This document shows, one piece after another, positions 1-12,390 of a stretch of DNA of 34,407 bases. Below the pieces are notes generated by a model. It did no database searches. It saw nothing but the letters and a program-made list of their open reading frames with translations, and had not been told where the DNA came from. Origin of the DNA: Basidiobolus meristosporus CBS 931.73 (Eukaryota > Fungi > Basidiobolomycota); NCBI GenBank assembly GCA_002104905.1, contig MCFE01000802.1, positions 1-34,407 of the forward strand, written 5' to 3'. The position numbers and the translations under genes were made by a program. Numbering within the stretch: position 1 is the stretch's first letter; each line of letters begins with the position of its first letter.

Positions 1-125
1 CCTTTGCCGCATTTCACACTAGCAGCGTTTCTTTACTTTGTATATTTCTCTATACCTCCACACTGGTTGGAATAGTTGGCTTTCTGCACTAGATCTCTCC
101 TCTGCATCTATATTCTTTACGTGAC

Positions 126-2155
126 ATGACGATACACAACATATCCCCAGTCCGTTTTCATCATAATAAGTCAAAGGTAGTGTATCCAATCCCTATGTCA
201 GACTCGGCCGCGGAAAGGTGGTATTCAACCCTCGTCCTTTTTAGTTGAACGGCCACTTTTCGGAGCTGGTCAGAGAGCTAACTTCTACAGAAGTCACCGT
301 GGTTGGCAACTATGATTTGTTGGAGACGATAGGCAAAGGTACGCCACATATACATTCAATCAACCTTGACCTCCTATTAGTGTCTAAGGACCTAATGCTG
401 AACTGTGTGTAGGTGCCTACGGTAAAGTGAAATTGGGAATGCACAGGCTCACTGGACAGAAGGTACACAGTCTAGTTAGGACCTATCCTGTTTCTTCCTA
501 TGCACTCAACACGCCAACGTTTACCAACCAGGTTGCCATCAAAATCGTGGATAAAACTCACGCGCACACAGTAGCACGAGAAATCGAGATGTGGCGTCAC
601 TTGCACCATCCGAACATCACGCAGCTTTTGGAGATTCTGACTACCGAAACCAAAATCTACATGGTGATGGAACACGTTACTGGAGGGGAGCTTTTTGAGC
701 ACATAACGAACAATGGTGCTTTGAATGAGCCTTGCGGAAGAAGCATCTTCAAAAAGCTCCTCCTAGCTGTAGAATATATTCACAAGAAACGATACGTTCA
801 TCGTGACCTCAAGTTAGAAAACATCTTGCTGGACAAGAATTTGGATCCGAAGATCATTGATTTTGGGTTTACACGCGGTATTCAAAGTCGGAGACTTTTG
901 GATACCTACTGTGGCTCTTTAGCTTACGTAGCACCGGAAGTCATTGCTGGTGGCCAATATTCCGGTCAGGAGTCTGACGTCTGGTCGTTGGGCGTTATCC
1001 TCTACACCATAATGTGCGGATATCTCCCTTTTGACGACGAGGATGAGAGTGTTATGCAACGCTTGATCGTCAACGCCGACGTCTCATTTCCTGAAGGGTT
1101 CCCCAAAGGTATGTGATTGCGATCCTTGACTGAACCTTGCTAGCATCTGCTAAGACAGTGCTTCCACCCCCCCCCCCACAGAATGCCAAGATTTGATATC
1201 CGGCGTCTTAAAAAAGAACCCAATGGATCGACTGACAGTTGAGGAGATACTGAAGCATCCGTGGATGGCCGATCCGGAAACCCCGATGGATTACGAGATG
1301 GGTGCAGCTGCTCCGTCCCACACTGCTTTTGGTGATCAAAGCCAACCTGGCATGGGCATGCGAGCTAGTTTGAAGTCTCCATGCCAGCAAGAGCCTGCTT
1401 CCGCAGCGAGCCAGTCGGTTTCTGAACTTCGATTATTCTCTTTATTGACCTCAGCAGGGATGAGGGTGGAGATGATGAAGAAATCGGTTCAAGAGAATCT
1501 ATGTGATTCTCTTTCTGCCCTGTACTACTTGCTGCTGAAGAAGAACCATGAGGCGCTTGACAATGACAAGCATGACACGGGGGCACAGAAGAGAAGACCA
1601 ACCAACAACGAGATGAACTTCTTTCGCCAACCCCGGAGCCTACCCCGAGCAAGCGAGCTGTTGTTCAATGAATTTAAAGGCAACGACAAGAAAGCCCCCA
1701 GCGGAAAACGCAGCAACATACAGAAGCTTAAAACCCGAGCTGGCATTCATGATTTTAAGCTACCGTCGCCACCGTTTTTCAAAAGATTCGATCTACACTT
1801 CATCCGAAAACACAAGCCGATGTACTCAAGCGATGACATATCTAACAAACTTACCGTGACCATAACTCCACCGACCTCACCCAATCCTTTGGACAAGGCA
1901 AAGGCCCAAGCAACCACCCCGCTCACCCTCCACAAAGCCACCGCACCTCCCCTGCCGGTGGCTGGCGTCGACGACATGCAGAAGCAGCACACGCGGCTCC
2001 GGAATATCCGAGGGCTGACGGTGATATCCAATGAACTGCACGACGAAAGGTCCCAACGCAGCCAAGTGATCACGAACCTTCAGCGGAGCATGGACAAGCC
2101 AAGCTTTCGAGCCATTCAGACGACGATCACTGAGGAAGAGGAAGATGAGATGTGA
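126..2155 (+). CDS. CAMKL/AMPK-related Ser/Thr protein kinase (fungal Ppk16-like), 5 exons, about 581 aa
   Basis: Exons 126-176, 245-338, 413-462, 532-1108, 1182-2155 with GT-AG introns and consistent phases. Spliced start reads MTIHNISPVRFHHNKSK-LNGHFSELVRELTSTEVTVVGNYDLLETIGKGAYGKVKLG. Kinase motifs VAIK, HRDLKLEN, DFG, YCGSLAYVAPE. UBA-like segment (LFSLLTSAGM...CDSLSALYYLLL) and a disordered C-terminal tail. Confidence 0.9.
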
Positions 2156-3530
2156 ATGCGCAGGTCTAACTCGGGTCTTGAGCCTGCAGGGTCTCTGCCT
2201 CGAACCCTAGAATAGGCCATCGGATAACCACAGTGTTGTTGACAATATAACTGAACATTTATATTGATATATCCAATAAAACCTTTGACTCATCCCACTC
2301 GTATGGCAGCAACCATATGCAACCCTGTTGGTTCCAACGTGTTACATTCGCTACTGCCCAATCCTACGAACGGCGCGGCATCACAGCAGAATCTCGGCCC
2401 ATCCCTTCTAGATACAGGCGCTTGCAAGCATTTTGGGCCACACTGGCTTGCTTCTAGGTCCAACATCGATTCATCCGATATGGATCGTTTGGCCCCGATC
2501 CCTGTTGTCCTTGCGGCAGGCCCCTCCCATGCACCAAAGTGGTTGTATCAGGCTACACATGAAGCGTTTCCTTCCCAGCCCAGCAGTCAACTGAGGCCTA
2601 CCGACCCCACTCCCCACAGCAGGGGATCTTCAAGCGTCCTTGGAATGTTTATCAACATCAGCCAATGATCGTGGAGACGTTTCATTATTGCATAGCGTTA
2701 CATCATCCGGTCGGTAATACGATGGATCAATATGCTCATGCATCCATTCATGAGGACACCTGATTTCCTGTGGGTTTACCGGCGATCGTTGGCGATAATT
2801 GGTTCGTGGCAGCAAATTTTACGCTGTTCATTTAAGGTGAGAAAAGCGATGAGGACGTGGATGTGGATGTGACGAGTGAGACCAACCATCCCCATGCCCG
2901 CCTACGCCCGCCATAGGGAAGGGATTGTCATCGATACTCGGATAAGCCTTGTTCAACTCAGCACAGCATTAGGCAATAGGCGTCACTCGCTCGCAGGCTT
3001 TTTTTTAATCTGGAAATACGATTGTGGGGATAGGGAACAGGTTCTCCTGCTGGATTAGGCAAGTGGTCGACAGGCTTCGTTTCACTGGAGCGCTTGCCTA
3101 TTCATTCCTTAATCCCGAGTTCTGGGAAGTCTTCTGGCATGGTGTCTTGGGTTGGAAGACAGAAAGAGCAGTGTGCTGCAGGGTATAGCGTGTCTGCAGA
3201 GCAGCCGAAGCGTGGGCCGTATTGTTCTGCGGTGCTAGCGCACTGCGCGGTACATCGAGAATGAGGAAGGCGGCGGATTCCTAAGGCTACCTTCCACAGA
3301 GTCAAGCAGACACACAGATGCTTGTTTCAAACCGAATATACTGGGATTTCAAGAGGCGCCAAGATCCATACGTGGGAACAACAAACATGCCAATCATTAC
3401 CATTATTCGATGGGCCATCATCAATGAGACACCAGCTGCTCGATCTTCCCCGCAAAGAGATCCCAATAAATACCCATCAGACACCCCATTCGTGAACACT
3501 ATCCCTTCGCACCTCAAAGATTATCAGGCC

Positions 3531-6157
3531 ATGGTAAAGCGCATAAACATTCTGTGTGTTTGCCTTGGGTTCTCCGCACTCGCGAATGCGCAGTACCGAA
3601 ACTCCACCCAGGTAGGCTCCGCCGATTGTCCCGGGTATAGCGTCACCAGCGTTCAGACCCGCGGCAACTCCTTGTTCTCCAGACTCTCACTGCGCGGTCA
3701 GCCTTGCAATCAATACGGGAAAGACGTCAAGGACCTTCTGTTGGAGGTTGATTATGAGAACTCTCGCTTACGGGTAAAGATCTCCGATGCGGACCAGAAG
3801 CACTGGGAGGTCCCTGTATCCATGTGGAGTCCAGACAAAAGCTACCGCCCGAAAACTTCCATGGGACAGTTACTCGAGTTCGCCTATCAGAAGGACCCAT
3901 TTTCGTTCCAGGTGAAACGCAAAGACACGGGCGAAGTGCTCTTTGACACAAGCAAGCATCGGCTAGTTTTCGAGGACACCTATCTGGAGCTGACGTCTAG
4001 CCTTCCGGAGAATGCGAATATCTACGGACTTGGCGAGGTGGTTGACACCTTCCGAAGGGACCCGACAAACACCACCCAAGCCATGTGGGGTAGAGATGTC
4101 GCGGACCCGGTACGAGAAAATCTCTATGGAACCCACCCCTTCTATATCGAACTGAGAAACGGCAAGGCTCACGGTGTCCAGATTCTTAACAGCTACGGAA
4201 TGGACGTGATCTTGGAGAAAAACTCCGTAGCCTACAAGGCTATCGGAGGGGTTCTTGACTTCTCGTTCTATCCTGGCTCAGACGCATACGAGGTCATTAA
4301 CCAGTACACCGCAACGGTCGGCAGGCCTCACCAAATTCCATACTGGTCTCTGGGCTTCCATCAATGTAAGTGGTGAATTCGACTGCCTTGCACATAGAAA
4401 ACCTGATCGCTAACATCTCCGCAGGTCGTTACGGCTACGTTGACATCGATGAAGTGGAAGGGGTGGTGAAGAACTACTCGCTTGCCAAAATCCCCTTGGA
4501 GACGATGTGGACTGATATAGAGTACATGGATATGTTCAAGGACTTCACCCTGGACCCCATTAATTATCCACTCGAGCGCGTCCAGAAGTTCGTTTCCGAG
4601 CTTCACGACAATGGCCAGCAGTATGTGTTGATCATCGACCCTGCCATCCAACGAAACGAGAGCTATGCTACCTGGACAGAAGGGGTGAAACAAGATGTAT
4701 TCATCAAGAACCCCGATGGATCTATATACATTGGCCAGGTTTGGCCGGGGTACACTGCCTTCCCCGATTGGTTCGCGCCAAACACGCAACAATGGTGGAC
4801 GTCCCAAATCAAGAACTTCATGGACGACGTGGCGATCGATGGTCTATGGATAGACATGAATGAACCGGCATCGTTCTGTGTTGGCTCGTGCGGGTCTAAC
4901 CGCACCGGTATTCCACCCTATCCTTGGGAGGATCCCAACTACAAGCCGGACATCCCTCAAACTTTCCCAGAACCTCCCTATGCCATCCACAACGCTTACG
5001 GCAATCTCTCGGTGAAGACCGTTAGTACAGAGGCCGTCCACCATGGCGGGCTTACCGAGTACCAAGTCCACAATCTGTACGGCCATATGGAAGCCATAGC
5101 CACCAGAAAATCTTTGCTCTCCGTCAACCCCAACAAGCGACCATTCCTGCTGGGCCGATCCACATTTGCTGGATCTGGTGCGCACGAAGGCCATTGGACC
5201 GGCGACAACTGGTCCACTTGGGAGCAGCTCCGATACTCCATCTCCGGGGTTCTAAGCTTCCAGATGTTCGGGATTCCGTACGTTGGCGCGGATATCTGCG
5301 GCTTCAATGGCAACACCACAGAGGAACTGTGTCTACGCTGGATGCAGCTGGGCTCGTTGTATCCGTTCTCGCGCAACCACAATGGCAAGGGGAACATCGC
5401 CCAAGAGGCCTATGTTTGGCCCTCCGTGGCCGAAGCCAGTCGCAAGGCGCTTCACACTCGCTACGAAATCCTGCCATACCTGTACACCCAGTTCCAGCAT
5501 GCACACGAGACCGGCCATCCCGTATGGAGACCGTTGGCCTTCGAATTCCCCAACGACCAGGAGATGCTGAACAACGACTTGCAATTCTTGGTGGGTCCAG
5601 GGATTTTGGCATCCCCCGTTCTCGCGGAAGGGGCGACCACTGTGGACGCCAAGTTCCCCGAGGGGATTTGGTATGACTACTACAATTGGAGTCCCATAAA
5701 CGGCACCGCCAAGCGGACCCTCTCCGCACCACTGGATGGAAATCTACCACTCCACATTCGCGGTGGACACATCATTCCGACCCAGGAGCCAGCAATCACC
5801 ATCGCACAATCGAGGGAAAATCCATTCAGCCTGCTAGTGGCCTTGGATGAGCAAGGCAATGCCGAAGGGGGCCTCTATTTAGACGACGGGCAGAGCATTC
5901 ATGTGGGCCAGCAGTTCAGCAAGATCTTCTACCGGGCCACCTCCCGCGGCGTCCAGGCCCGTGGTCACTTTGGATATCGCAGCAAGGCTCTGCTGAAGAA
6001 CATTACCATATTGGGGCTCAAGGCCCAACCCAACGAAGTCCGGGTGGATGGACGTGCCATATCTCCTAATCAGATATTCTACCACGCGGAAAAGAGGACA
6101 TTGATCATCGCTCAGCTGAGCGCCTCCATGAATAGGCCACTCCGAGTGACCTTCTAG
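3531..6157 (+). CDS. Secreted glycoside hydrolase family 31 alpha-glucosidase, 2 exons, about 855 aa
   Basis: Exons 3531-4365 and 4425-6157; the 59-nt intron (GTAAGT...GCTAAC...GCAG) restores WSLGFHQCRYGY. Signal-peptide-like start MVKRINILCVCLGFSALANA, then DCPGY. GH31 nucleophile motif WIDMNEP, acid/base motif HWTGDN, plus GADICGF and YPFSRNHN. Confidence 0.95.
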
Positions 6158-6837
6158 GCGCGGGGGCTGGGGAGAGGCGAGGACGAGGCTGATCATTGAT
6201 GAACGAACCTACTCAGCCTCCAGCGTTCAAGTGATGTTCGCACCAATGTCAATTTTGATTTGCAAACAAATAAAGGCCTATTAGCACTGTACCTGTTGCA
6301 GCAGCATGTAGAACGGCGGTCCCGTCAGAATATTCGCGGTATTCATTTTGTGAACTTACCCCGCGACCATGCCACACGCGGACGTATGGCTTAGATGCCC
6401 ACCTGGTCGAAGCCTGGGAAATTTCGATGGCTTGTTGGCAGCACAGGGTCTTACCAATTACCTCGATCCGCTTGTTTTGTATGTCATGGAAGCCGCTGAC
6501 AAGCATCGTATCTGGATTGGTCCGACTGATGGATAGGGAACTTGGAATCTCGATGGTGTAAATTGAGCGGAATGATTCATATTCTGTGGGTGGCGTGTAG
6601 CAAATTCTGATGTATTTTGCCAGATACAGGTGGTAGGAATTACGTCTGAAGTATGAGATTATCCCCGAAATCATCGACCATTCGTGGGGAGCTGTGGGAT
6701 TCCGAAATCGAGGGATGGTACGTACTCCTTCGTGACGTCAATTCAATTAGGATCTACAATAAATGTCCTTTGGGAACCCACCTCACTCCTCTTAGGTCTA
6801 GTCAACAACCCAGTCCCGCCAACTCGTTTATAAGAAT

Positions 6838-8539
6838 ATGTTTTCTGCCTTGAGAAATGAATCACTATCTCTACCCAAACGCATACTCACCAGTCAGCGC
6901 TATCTAGCCACCATGACACCACAGGTATTTCCATTTGGCTCTTTGCCGTGGCCCAGTAGCTGAGACTCTCCCTTGCTCTAGCTGAAGAAAACCAACTTGC
7001 TGAAGGAAGCGGCCTTTATCAACGGAAAGTTCGTTGGCGCCTCCACCAACCAACGCTTCGCGGTGAAGGGTGAGACTAGTTCTTGGTTTCTCTTGAATAT
7101 GCATACTGATACCGTGGTCACATAGATCCCGCCACTGGAGAGGTCATTGGAGAAGTGCCTGAAATGGATGTGACTGATTGCAAGAAAGCCATCGACGTTG
7201 CCTCAAACACCCTGAAAACCTGGAAGAAGACCACCGCCAAGGTAAAGCGACCGTCGTCTTCCTCGTGTGGCCTGCACCTTGAACTTACTGTACTCTATAG
7301 GCGCGCAGCGACATGCTGGAACGGTGGTATGACCTCATGATTGAGAACAAGGAATCGCTAGCGCAGATCCTGACCGCCGAAAATGGAAAGAACCTGACCG
7401 AATCGCGGGGGGAGATTGAATACGGCGCGTCGTTTATCAAGTGGTTTGCGGAGGAGGCTCGCCGTGCCTACGGCGATGTGATCCCCTCCCCGGTAGCTGA
7501 CAAGCGTCTGATCGTTATCCAGCAGCCGGTCGGTGTGGTTGGAATCGTCACCCCCTGGAACTTCCCCAACGCCATGATCACTCGGAAGCTAGGGGCCGCC
7601 CTCGCGGCAGGATGCACGGCGGTGGTCAAACCAGCCCACGAGACCCCGTTCTCTGCGCTGGCCCTCTGCGAATTGGCCAACCAGGCGGGCATACCCGAGG
7701 GGGTCATCAACATGGTTACCACCCAGAAGCACACCAAGGACATCGGCAAGGAAATGGCAGAGAGCGAGAAGGTGCACAAGCTGTCATTCACCGGCTCCAC
7801 CGGGGTTGGCAAGCTGCTGATGGAGCAGGGCGCCTCCACCATCAAGAAGATCTCCCTGGAGCTGGGTGGCAACGCCCCATTCATCGTATTCAACGATGCC
7901 GACGTGGATGCGGCCGTCGAGGGGGCGATTGGCTCCAAATTCCGTAACACTGGCCAGACCTGCGTCTGCAGCAACCGACTATTGATCCAGTCGGGGATCT
8001 ACGACGAGTTCGCGAAGAAATTGGTCGAGCGAGTCAAGAAGTTCAAGGTTGGGCATGGCTTCGAAGAGGGGGTCACCCACGGGCCACTGATCAGCGAGGC
8101 GGCGGTGGAAAAGGTGAAACGCCATGTGGATGACGCGGTGAGCAAGGGAGCCAGCATCGCCCAAGGTGGCAAGCACATCAAAGGAAACTTCTACGAGCCC
8201 ACCGTATTGCTGGACATGAACACTTCCATGGCGATCACCACCGAAGAGACCTTCGGGCCAGTGGCTGCCTTGTATAAATTCAGCAACGAAGACGAGGCCA
8301 TCGAGTTGGCGAACGACACACCATTCGGATTGGCCGGGTATTTCTACAGCAGAGACGTGGGCCGCATATGGAGAGTTGCTGAAGCGATGGAAGTGGGCAT
8401 GGTCGGGGTCAACTGCGGCTCAGTCAGCTTCGAATCGGCGCCGTTTGGCGGCATCAAGCAGTCCGGTCTGGGCCGCGAAGGGTCGAAGTACGGCCTGGAG
8501 GAGTATCTTGAGAAGAAGTTTATCTGCATGTCTATCTAA
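6838..8539 (+). CDS. UGA2: NAD(P)-dependent succinate-semialdehyde dehydrogenase (ALDH5/GabD family), 4 exons
   Basis: Exons 6838(or 6913)-6924, 6982-7069, 7126-7241, 7301-8539. Spliced N-terminus [19 protein letters not shown]...[12 protein letters not shown]. Motifs [23 protein letters not shown] (catalytic Glu), GQTCVC (catalytic Cys), [22 protein letters not shown]. Confidence 0.92.
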
Positions 8540-11500
8540 GGGCGGCGGATGATTGGAAAGAGCTTGCTTGCTTTCACCAGCGGTTCTGTGGATTGTAAAA
8601 ACTGAAATAAATCGATTTTTGCTTTTGTTCTTCTGACAACCATCAGTATCGCTCTTGGAGATTGGATTGGTAGATCAGGTAGCATACCTTGCAGGACCAA
8701 ATACGGCCATTCTGCCGTGACAACGCCGTAATCATAAATATGCTTCGATTCCGGAACGGCCATTTCTGCTGCCATATATACGGATACAGCGACTCCAGAA
8801 GCCCAATGGGGGAAACCTGCAGCGCCACTCCCTCGTCTGAGCTGTCAGGACTGGAAGCTTCCGTTTTTGCTCCAAGCTGTTGATGTGGGTTTCTGGAGTG
8901 GTGGGGCACAAAGTCCATAGATACATCAAGTCGTTGGATTCCCCGGGATGCCTCTTAGTAGCATTCAGTCACAGCCCAGGCACACCACTTGGATGCTTAT
9001 CAGCAGAGCTGCACCCCGGGGGCTGCCACCAAGACGGATATCGTAGCGGGCCTGAGGTTGCCGAACGGAGGGGGTGTTTTCGGCTGGGAATAGTGTGAGA
9101 CATGGGTGCGTAACTAGGGCATCAATATCAATTCGGTTGGCAATTTAAGCAACAGTTGTGAAATGCGGGATCAGTGTAGACGGGAGATAATCAGTCATGT
9201 ATAACGAGAGTGATTCGAATTTTCGATTCACCAAATATGCCCATGATGTATCGAGTGTGCCCCAACCAGCAGGATTGTGGCGTACGTATATCAATTGCGG
9301 CGATACAAGATTGCCCCGCGAGTGGCGACATTCCATTTGCTGCACATCCTTAGCCGTGATGTCTCACGAGCTAATCATCCAGCGGTTACGTTGTGGACGG
9401 ATTTCAAGTTTTAGAGTGGTTCGGAGGGAGAGCTGCTTTATCAGGCGATCACTCTCCGACCACAGCAGCAAACTACTAGGGGAGCTGTCCATGGCAAAGG
9501 GGTGATTTGAGCGCTCCATGGAAGCCAGAATCTGAATCGTAGCTTCAGCCTGGTGCCGCATTGGTAAGATGCTTGTCTCCGTAGGTCCGCGAAATATGCT
9601 GCCTTAAGGGTGCAACACTAGTTCCAAAATGCGGAGACCGAGGCCAGCCAATCTCCTGGCGCAGATGCCACTAAAGAGAGAACTGTGAACGAGGTGCTCG
9701 GAAGTCGGATCTGATGAACTTCCAAGCATCTTTGCAGCCCTACAATCATGAATGTTGATAGCATGTGTTGTTCCCGAGTGCAACGTCTTACAGCATTGTA
9801 GCCGATTTGAGGTTCACTCACAACGGTTCGAATACCTGGCCGAAACCTGATATCGCTCGTAGATGGCTCTGTGCCACCGTCAATTTCATTTAGACCTCAA
9901 GATGTACAGGGCAGCGTTTGATTTCGTTGTAGCGATGTCACATGTTAATTGAGGACTCATGATGGAATACTTCCATCTCCATGGCACCTCTAGTAAGGCT
10001 CGGCTATCCGGTGGTCGCTTGTTTGCTCCAATGTGTAGCGGAGTCAGTGCACCTGATATCCCTACTGGGCCATCTCTATACTGGACATCAACATATGTGG
10101 AAGATTGAGTGGGCAAAGGCTGCCTTTCAGCGCCATCATGAACTCCTTGCACTAGCATTGGTAGGAGAACCCAAGGCTCAGTAGGCTGACTTTGAGAAGA
10201 CCCATTGATGCAGGAATCGAACAATCAACATCTAGATGCATATGCAGGATGCTTGGAAGGTAATAAAACAGTACGGACGTCGGTTGGCTGGCCATGACGA
10301 AACGGCCCAGTCATACATTGGCCATTATTTGGGATTTCAATTAAGCTAGGCCATCACCACCACTACTGTCCCCCGGTCGCCCGGCGATACACTGGACTAA
10401 CCGCTTGCAAATATGGTTGTGATCGTTGCTGAGTGTCACGCGCCCCCGCCGGTGTAAAGAATAACTTGCTTAGCCATCCAGTGGCACATCTAAATTGAGA
10501 CTAGGGTTAGGGGCGGCCATCATGGGCCAGGGCTGTGGCCAGATTGCAAGAATTGGAAGGAGATCACCACGCTTTGTAGAAGAGCTGAGCCTCCGCAACA
10601 CCGCATTGGTGTCAGCACCGCTTTAATGAGGAGGAGCTTGAACGAGCTTCGGGTCTTGTTGGATGCATCCTGCTGCCAATACCTGGAGTTCCGTGATCTG
10701 AAGGGACGCTGATAATTCACTAGTTTCCACCCATCAACGACTCGCAAGCCAATTCGTTGGCCAATCCTCCCGTGTATATCGTTGACAAGGAAACACAAGC
10801 GGACTGATTGTGTACGTGGTACAGCACAGGTTTGGCTCTGCAGCAGTGAGGCACGCAGCGCGATAATCACCCAAGTGCTTACCTTGTGGTACGAGGCCAT
10901 CGCCACTCCTATGATCCAGCAGACTCCGAATGAGATGACTTTGAAGCCAAAAGGAGCAGCCATCCCGCCGGACGCTGTTTGCTGCGTGGAACCAAGGCCT
11001 AATTGATCACAAACCAGTTCTCGTGTGTGGAATCGATGGCAGCCACGGAACTACTCCAGGCGATTTCCTTGAGCGGCGTGCATGAGCAATCTTGTATCGT
11101 TTCTCCAATCGGCTTGTGGGACCGGAAATTGCATTGGTGCGTCTTCATCTGAAGCTTTCCATGACGATTCTAGCTAGAGTCATCCCACGATTGAGCCCCT
11201 CTCGCAGATGGGGATTGGTGGATCTGCCTCAGAACATTAGCGTCAAGTCATCGTCAGAGGGGATTTCCCACAGTAATCACCGTTCCAGGTGGACTGGAAC
11301 AGTTTGCACGGCGCGATGGGCTAAACCCTAAGGGACTTCAGAGTAAATATCGGTTTGGCCTCCTATTTCCATCCTCAGGGTGCAAGATTCCGTGAGATTT
11401 GGGCCAGTGGGAAGGCGTGCATGAAACAAGAACCAAAATACCAGGACTGATTGGCGGTGCGGAATAAAACTGTATCATTTGGCAATGACTTGGATCATCC

Positions 11501-11697
11501 TTTTTTTCGCCTCAGTCATCAGTGCCTGAGGGCTGTTGCTTCCTGCTTCTCTTTAACGATATATAAATCGGTTCCCGTTGGCCGGACTCGCCCAGAGCCC
11601 CGAATCTTTTCCTCTCAAGTTTTATTTATTTCCAGATATCTGATTGTACCTTAGAGATACCAGCCCCCGTAAACCCTCTGTTTGCCCCGCTTCTAGC

Positions 11698-12390
11698 ATG
11701 TTGGATCTAGCGCGACGGTTTCCTAAAACGACCTCTGCCTCTCCACCTACCCTTTCACTAGCAAACAGCACCAACTACCAGTCCCAGCAAACCGCTCATA
11801 GCGTCAAGCCGTTTGGCGAACTCCAGTTGGACGAAGATGACTGGGAGGAGGACTTTGCGTTTGAGCAGGAGCTCGCGATCCCCAGCTCGCTCCAAAACAC
11901 CCAGGCCTCCTTAAACAAGGACAGACAGAGCTTTCTGCAAGTCACCAGCAAAATCCAAGAGCTGAAGCTGACCCTTCACCAGGTTCAAACCTCATTCGAC
12001 CCACTCATGGAGCCGCAGGACTCAGCTCACCTGTCGACTCCCTTGTCGAGGGATATCCAGCTATCCAAGATTCTCATTGACATGAGTGAAGATTCTTCTT
12101 GCCTGCTGGAGTCGGTCCAACCGGATACCTCTTTCCGGACCCACATCCACCGGTTTCTGTTTTTCTGCGACCTCGCGACCTGGGAAACCCTGGCACACAG
12201 CCCCACCCTCAATCTGGACAACCTATTCTACACCCACTCGGCGTTCCTCAGCTCGACCAAAGATGCCTCGCCAATCGCCAGTATTCAGTGGGTCGATTTG
12301 CTAGCTTCCAAAATCGAGGTGTTGCAGTCTCGTCTGGAAAAATACCTGACCGAGTTGCACTGTGTCTCCCGAATGGCGTCCCACGTCTAG
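11698..12390 (+). CDS. Hypothetical protein, about 230 aa, with an acidic EDDWEEDF motif followed by a predicted coiled-coil/helical region
   Basis: Single ORF from ATG 11698 (the ORF-track start at 11644 is a TTG) to TAG 12390. Protein-like composition: S/T-rich N-terminus, LDEDDWEEDFAF, then QVTSKIQELKLTLHQV heptads. No family recognised with confidence. Confidence 0.6.
   Translation: MLDLARRFPKTTSASPPTLSLANSTNYQSQQTAHSVKPFGELQLDEDDWEEDFAFEQELAIPSSLQNTQASLNKDRQSFLQVTSKIQELKLTLHQVQTSFDPLMEPQDSAHLSTPLSRDIQLSKILIDMSEDSSCLLESVQPDTSFRTHIHRFLFFCDLATWETLAHSPTLNLDNLFYTHSAFLSSTKDASPIASIQWVDLLASKIEVLQSRLEKYLTELHCVSRMASHV

Noticed and set aside
1167-1177. C11 homopolymer in the last kinase intron
   Set aside because: It sits in the polypyrimidine tract before the acceptor; a single run gives no evidence of further function.
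2264-2668. 134-aa ORF between the kinase and GH31 genes
   Set aside because: The track start is a TTG, the sequence is low-information and P/S-rich with no domain, and it probably lies in 3' UTR/intergenic DNA.
6249-6674. 141-aa minus-strand ORF between GH31 and SSADH
   Set aside because: No motifs, non-ATG start in the track, and it overlaps the probable SSADH promoter region.
9825-9836. GGTTCGAATACC resembling a tRNA T-loop
   Set aside because: Flanks do not form a T-stem (AACGG versus ACCTG), and no acceptor, D or anticodon arms can be built.
10520-10712. Possible degenerate GNAT motif (PQHRIGVSTALMRRSL) on the plus strand
   Set aside because: One loose motif, no start codon or splice context, and no other GNAT elements.
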